A DNA stretch of 64,000 nucleotides from Bacillota bacterium (GTDB lineage Bacteria > Bacillota > Dethiobacteria > DTU022), in contig JAWSUE010000001.1 of assembly GCA_033549065.1 (NCBI GenBank), positions 179,136-243,135 on the forward strand, read 5' to 3'. Positions 60,264 through 64,000 of this stretch are shown here, in pieces. Every line of letters starts with the position of its first letter. The stretch's first letter is position 1. Under the pieces are notes generated by a model. That model saw only the letters and a list, made by a program, of their open reading frames with translations. It was not told the DNA's origin and did no database searches. Both the position numbers and the translations under genes were made by a program.

Positions 60264-60638
60264 GTGTTATCTATGTCAATCAAGGGTTATTTTGAAAATC
60301 TTAGATATGAACGGGAAAAACAACAAAGAAAAGAAAGCGCAATTAAGATTCTGTCCGGGTTGGCAATTGGAGCTCTGATCGGCGGAGTTGTAGGTGTCCT
60401 CTATGCACCAAAGGCCGGCAAAGAGACAAGGCATGAAATTGCCGAAAAGGTCAAAGAAACTGCCGCTGCCACCAGGGAGAAAGTAAAAGAGACAGTTAAG
60501 GAAGTAAAAGAAAAAGTAGATGACCTGAAAGACAAAAGGGTAGCCGTTGTTGATAAAACAACCGATTCCAAAAACGCAGTTAAGGAATCGGGAGAAGTAT
60601 TAACAGCTGCCAAGAGAGATGGCAAGAATAAGATTTAA
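60264..60638 (+). CDS. YtxH-like membrane-anchored protein
   Basis: TM 'GLAIGALIGGVVGVLYAPKAGKETR' followed by a Lys/Glu-rich helix. Confidence 0.6.
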   Translation: MLSMSIKGYFENLRYEREKQQRKESAIKILSGLAIGALIGGVVGVLYAPKAGKETRHEIAEKVKETAAATREKVKETVKEVKEKVDDLKDKRVAVVDKTTDSKNAVKESGEVLTAAKRDGKNKI

Positions 60639-60667
60639 TAATCATCTAGATAAATATATACAGGTAG

Positions 60668-61132
60668 GTGGATGAGAAAATGAATGTCAATTTAACTTTA
60701 TATGACCTAGGCCTACTCATATTATTTGTGTTGGTGGTGGTGGCGGTGATTTATTTTATTATCATCGCCAGAAAGTTTAATGACCTGATCGGAAAAGTGC
60801 ATAAGACTTTAGAAACAAATGAAGTTAATATCAATAAAACGCTTGCTATATTGCCCGAAATGCTTGAAAAAACTGATGACATCGCATCCAATATGCAGTT
60901 AGGCGCCCGGGAGTTTGGAACCTCAGCTCCAACTATTTTACATAATTTCAGCGCTATGTCTGACTCGTTAAAAGATAGCGCTAATCTGGTCGTTAGCTCG
61001 GTGGATCTGATTGGGACAGGAATCAGTGAAACGGTCTACAACGTAAAAAATAGGTCAGGTGATGTAGTCAGCTACATCAAGACCATCATGGATGCTTTGC
61101 ACTATCTGGTTAACTATTTAACGACCAAATAA
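60668..61132 (+). CDS. DUF948-like membrane-anchored coiled-coil protein
   Basis: N-terminal TM plus a helical domain. Pairs with ytxH as in Bacillus ytxG/ytxH; family assignment is from memory. Confidence 0.45.
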   Translation: MDEKMNVNLTLYDLGLLILFVLVVVAVIYFIIIARKFNDLIGKVHKTLETNEVNINKTLAILPEMLEKTDDIASNMQLGAREFGTSAPTILHNFSAMSDSLKDSANLVVSSVDLIGTGISETVYNVKNRSGDVVSYIKTIMDALHYLVNYLTTK

Positions 61133-61765
61133 ACTGAATTACCTGTAGAGAAGAGGCCTGTCACTATCCGTCATAACGTCATAAAAGGATGAGATATGCA
61201 TGGATACATTGGAGAAAGACTATGAGGCGGGGTTTTAGAAAAATGTAATCCCCCCTGCCTATCGCTATATCAGCCAACTCACGGGCACTATCCGGATAAT
61301 AAACGCAACCCGATCAACTACCAGAACCTAACGAAAGTGCTGAAGGCGATACTGCCGCGGAATTTTACAAGAAACGAGGCCCAGCGCTACTTTGCCCCAT
61401 TTTTTACCCTGGCTGAAAACCGCGATTATTGAAACCACACCATCTACGGTCTGGCAATGCTCGGCTTAAGGGATTTCTCCCGAGGCTACAGGCTTCAAAA
61501 AACGGTTGCCGAGATGGCTATCGTGGCTGATAGTTTCTACATCAAACCGCTGAGACGTATCCTTCAGATAGTTGACCGATACTATATCCTCGGCCTTAAT
61601 CGCCATGGGATAAGGCTCTTTGCCTGACAAGCAAAAAGAAGCTTCAGACAAACTTCAAGTCATAAGTTTTGGCAATGTACAACAAGGAATTTAAATTCCA
61701 CACACAATACGCACATTAAAAGGGTCTTAGGATTTATTGTTAACCCTACGACCCTTATTTTATCG

Positions 61766-61806
61766 TGGTGCGCCCGGCAGGATTTGAACCTGCGATCTCC
61801 TGATTT
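61766..61806 (-). repeat. Orphan 3' fragment (~40 nt) of a tRNA-Arg gene
   Basis: Identical over 30 nt to the 3' end of tRNA-Arg at 54318-54347 (UCGCAGGUUCAAAUCCUGCCGGGCGCACCA), then diverges. No 5' half is present. Confidence 0.6.
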
Positions 61807-61893
61807 TGTTATTAAATATTTAACGCATAATTAAATCTTAGCGATACCTCAGAGACTCTCTGATTCAGTTAGCTAATGTTGATATCGCTCAGC

Positions 61894-62322
61894 CTAATAT
61901 GAGTATATCTTTTTACCGCTTACTATAGGTATGTTATTATTCTTAAGCGTTTTAAGGGCATCGGCAATCTTTTCCACACGTATCATGATAATTGCATTGT
62001 GGGCCGGCTTATCAATAAAAGAGTAAAGATACTCAATATTAATACCAGCATCGTTTAAGCATGCTAAAATACCTGCCAGCCCTCCCGGTTTGTCCGGTAC
62101 CTCGACTGCAATCACTTCGGTTACAGTGGCCATAATCCCATATTCTTTCAATGTACTTAAAGCCTTCTCAGGCTGGTTCACTATTAACCTCAAAATGCCA
62201 AAGTCAGATGTATCTGCAATTGATAACCCACGTATGTTTATTTTTGCCTCTTCAAGTACCTTTGAAACTTTAACCAGTCGACCTGATTTATTTTCTAAAA
62301 AGATAGATATCTGCTTAATCAT
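61894..62322 (-). CDS. Tandem ACT-domain protein
   Basis: Two ACT-like repeats 'ISIFLENKSGRL' and 'IAVEVPDKPGGL'. Partner of the phenylacetate-CoA ligase family gene. Confidence 0.6.
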   Translation of the reverse strand: MIKQISIFLENKSGRLVKVSKVLEEAKINIRGLSIADTSDFGILRLIVNQPEKALSTLKEYGIMATVTEVIAVEVPDKPGGLAGILACLNDAGINIEYLYSFIDKPAHNAIIMIRVEKIADALKTLKNNNIPIVSGKKIYSY

Positions 62323-62337
62323 CCTCTAATCTCTCCC

Positions 62338-63636
62338 TTACTTAAGTAAACGTTTATCAATTACGCGCTGGGCTTTACCTTCGCTGCGGGGAATATTTTT
62401 TGGTTCAACGAGTTTTACATCTGCTGAAACACCCAGCATATTTTCTATCTCCACATGTATTTTATTTTCAAGAGATTCAAGCCCTCGTATATAATCCGAA
62501 AACATTTGCTCAGATACTTCAACTAATACCTGTAGCGTATCGAGTGAGCCAACCCTGTCTACAACCAATTGATAGTGTGGTTCAGTTTCACCCATCTCTA
62601 AAAGAATACTTTCTATTTGAGATGGAAATACATTAACTCCGCGAATGATAAGCATGTCATCACTACGACCACTGACTTTTGTCATCCTGCTATGAGTCCT
62701 TCCACAGGAACATAGCTTACTGTTCAAGTTTGTAATATCGCGAGTCCGGTAACGAATCATCGGCAATGCTTCCTTACTGATAGTAGTAATGACAAGTTCC
62801 CCGGTAGCCCCTTCCGGTAAAACTTCACCTGTAGAAGGATCGATAATTTCAGGGATAAAATGATCTTCGCTTAGATGTAACCCACTTTTTGCAATACATT
62901 CATAGGATACACCGGGTCCAATTATCTCACTTAAGCCATAAATATCAAAGGCATCAATTTGCAATTTTTCCTCAATTACCCGACGCATATTTTCTGACCA
63001 TGGTTCAGCGCCAAAAACACCTGAACTCAATTTTAGATCACTCGGTTTAAGATCCATTTCAGCAATTGTTTCAGCTATAAATAACGCATAGGATGGTGTG
63101 CAGGCGAGCAGAGTTGTTCCAAGATCCTTCATCATCTTAACCTGCCGTTTCGTTTGCCCACCTGAAATAGGAACCACCGTAGCCCCAATCTTTTCTGCTC
63201 CATAGTGGACGCCAAGTCCTCCGGTAAAGAGACCATACCCATAAGCAATGTGTACCACCGATTCGCTGGTTGCGCCTCCGGCAGTAAGAGTGCGGGCCAT
63301 CAATTCAGCCCATGTTTCAAGATCGTTTCTAGTGTACCCAACTACCGTGGGTATTCCTGTTGTTCCTGAGGAAGAGTGAATACGTACCACTTCGTTTAAA
63401 TCAACTGTAAAAAGGCCATAAGGAAAATTATCTCTCAGGTCGTCTTTAACTGTAAAGGGAAGTTTTTTTAGATCTTCCAGGGAACGAATGTCCCCTGGCT
63501 CAACACCTGCTGTTTGGAAACTTTTTCTATAATAGGGAACCAACTGATAAACTCTTTCTATTGTCTGTTTTAACCTCAGAAATTGTAAAACCTGCAACTT
63601 CTCGCGATCCATTTCTTCGTATTTACGGTTCCACAT
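62338..63636 (-). CDS. paaK: Phenylacetate-CoA ligase family adenylate-forming enzyme
   Basis: '[10 protein letters not shown]' AMP-binding P-loop. 432 aa, PaaK-like. Confidence 0.75.
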   Translation of the reverse strand: MWNRKYEEMDREKLQVLQFLRLKQTIERVYQLVPYYRKSFQTAGVEPGDIRSLEDLKKLPFTVKDDLRDNFPYGLFTVDLNEVVRIHSSSGTTGIPTVVGYTRNDLETWAELMARTLTAGGATSESVVHIAYGYGLFTGGLGVHYGAEKIGATVVPISGGQTKRQVKMMKDLGTTLLACTPSYALFIAETIAEMDLKPSDLKLSSGVFGAEPWSENMRRVIEEKLQIDAFDIYGLSEIIGPGVSYECIAKSGLHLSEDHFIPEIIDPSTGEVLPEGATGELVITTISKEALPMIRYRTRDITNLNSKLCSCGRTHSRMTKVSGRSDDMLIIRGVNVFPSQIESILLEMGETEPHYQLVVDRVGSLDTLQVLVEVSEQMFSDYIRGLESLENKIHVEIENMLGVSADVKLVEPKNIPRSEGKAQRVIDKRLLK

Positions 63637-63708
63637 TTACTGTTTTTCCTCCAATCTCGAGATACCAATTCAGAAATTATATTGAAGAGCTTGTCGGCTG
63701 TCATAAAA

Positions 63709-64000
63709 TCATTTTAGAAGGTTTGGCAAAAACAACGCAATAGCAGGGAACTGGGTTAATATTGCTATACATAAGATAATAGCTAAGAGATAAAACCCAA
63801 CGCCCCGAAAGATTTCCATTACCGGTGTTGATCGATCGACACCGGCAACAACATATACATTAGCCCCTACTGGTGGTGTTATCACTCCCATTCCCAAGGC
63901 TAAAACAATAATCACCCCGAACCATATAGGATCAAAGCCGAGCGAGACAGCAACCGGAAAAAATATTGGTACGGTTAATAAAATAAGAGCCAAAGCATCT
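63709..64000 (-). CDS. TRAP transporter large permease (DctM-like), C-terminal fragment; the gene continues beyond the window end
   Basis: 'ITPPVGANVYVVAGV' is a typical DctM C-terminus. Confidence 0.6.
   Translation of the reverse strand, partial: DALALILLTVPIFFPVAVSLGFDPIWFGVIIVLALGMGVITPPVGANVYVVAGVDRSTPVMEIFRGVGFYLLAIILCIAILTQFPAIALFLPNLLK

Noticed and set aside
61466-61651. 61-aa minus-strand ORF in the decayed region
   Set aside because: No RBS, no recognisable motif, and it is embedded in a region that translates in several shifting frames. It is more likely part of a pseudogene than a gene.
60071-61806. Repeat copy B (5'-half-like) and the tRNA-Arg 3' fragment as two halves of one tRNA split by a 1.7-kb insertion or intron
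   Set aside because: On the minus strand the 5'-like piece lies downstream (lower coordinates) of the 3' piece. The order is wrong for a split gene. Copy B also matches the degenerate repeat, not the genuine tRNA 5' half.

Overview
This window looks like the origin-proximal conserved block of a Firmicute (Bacillus-like yaa/yab gene order: mfd, pth, ctc, prs, glmU, spoVG, ispE, veg, ksgA, tatD, metG, abrB, yaaT, holB, tmk, guaB, recR, ybaB, dnaX, SRP RNA, tadA). Acidic tails and linkers (Ctc C-terminus, OppA 'DGGDGGD', lipoprotein linkers) hint at a halophilic anaerobe such as a Halanaerobiales-like organism, but that is a guess. Accessory modules are inserted into this backbone. (1) At 2.3-7.9 kb there is a sigma-54 promoter driving a formate/nitrite-transporter (FNT) channel with a novel N-terminal 4-Cys domain, followed by a standalone paralog of that domain. 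Next to it sit an iron-containing alcohol dehydrogenase, a cytoplasmic PAS histidine kinase and a sigma-54 (NtrC-type) response regulator. This is my best candidate for an undescribed system. (2) A T-box leader lies upstream of aroF-pheA. (3) An oppABCDF operon is wedged between two tRNA-Ser genes. (4) A second peptide ABC transporter has an unusual C-B-D-F gene order. (5) A MoxR-DUF58-transglutaminase triad is present. (6) The tRNA-Arg neighbourhood carries a truncated PQQ-type dehydrogenase, tRNA-derived direct repeats flanking PBP1A, an orphan tRNA-Arg 3' fragment and a 600-bp decayed region. RNA genes found: SRP RNA (long Bacillus type), tRNA-Ser(GGA), tRNA-Ser(CGA) and tRNA-Arg(UCG), all on the minus strand. 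glmU appears truncated, lacking its acetyltransferase half. No CRISPR array or intact transposase/integrase was seen. All calls come from reading the translations and DNA motifs; no database search was run.
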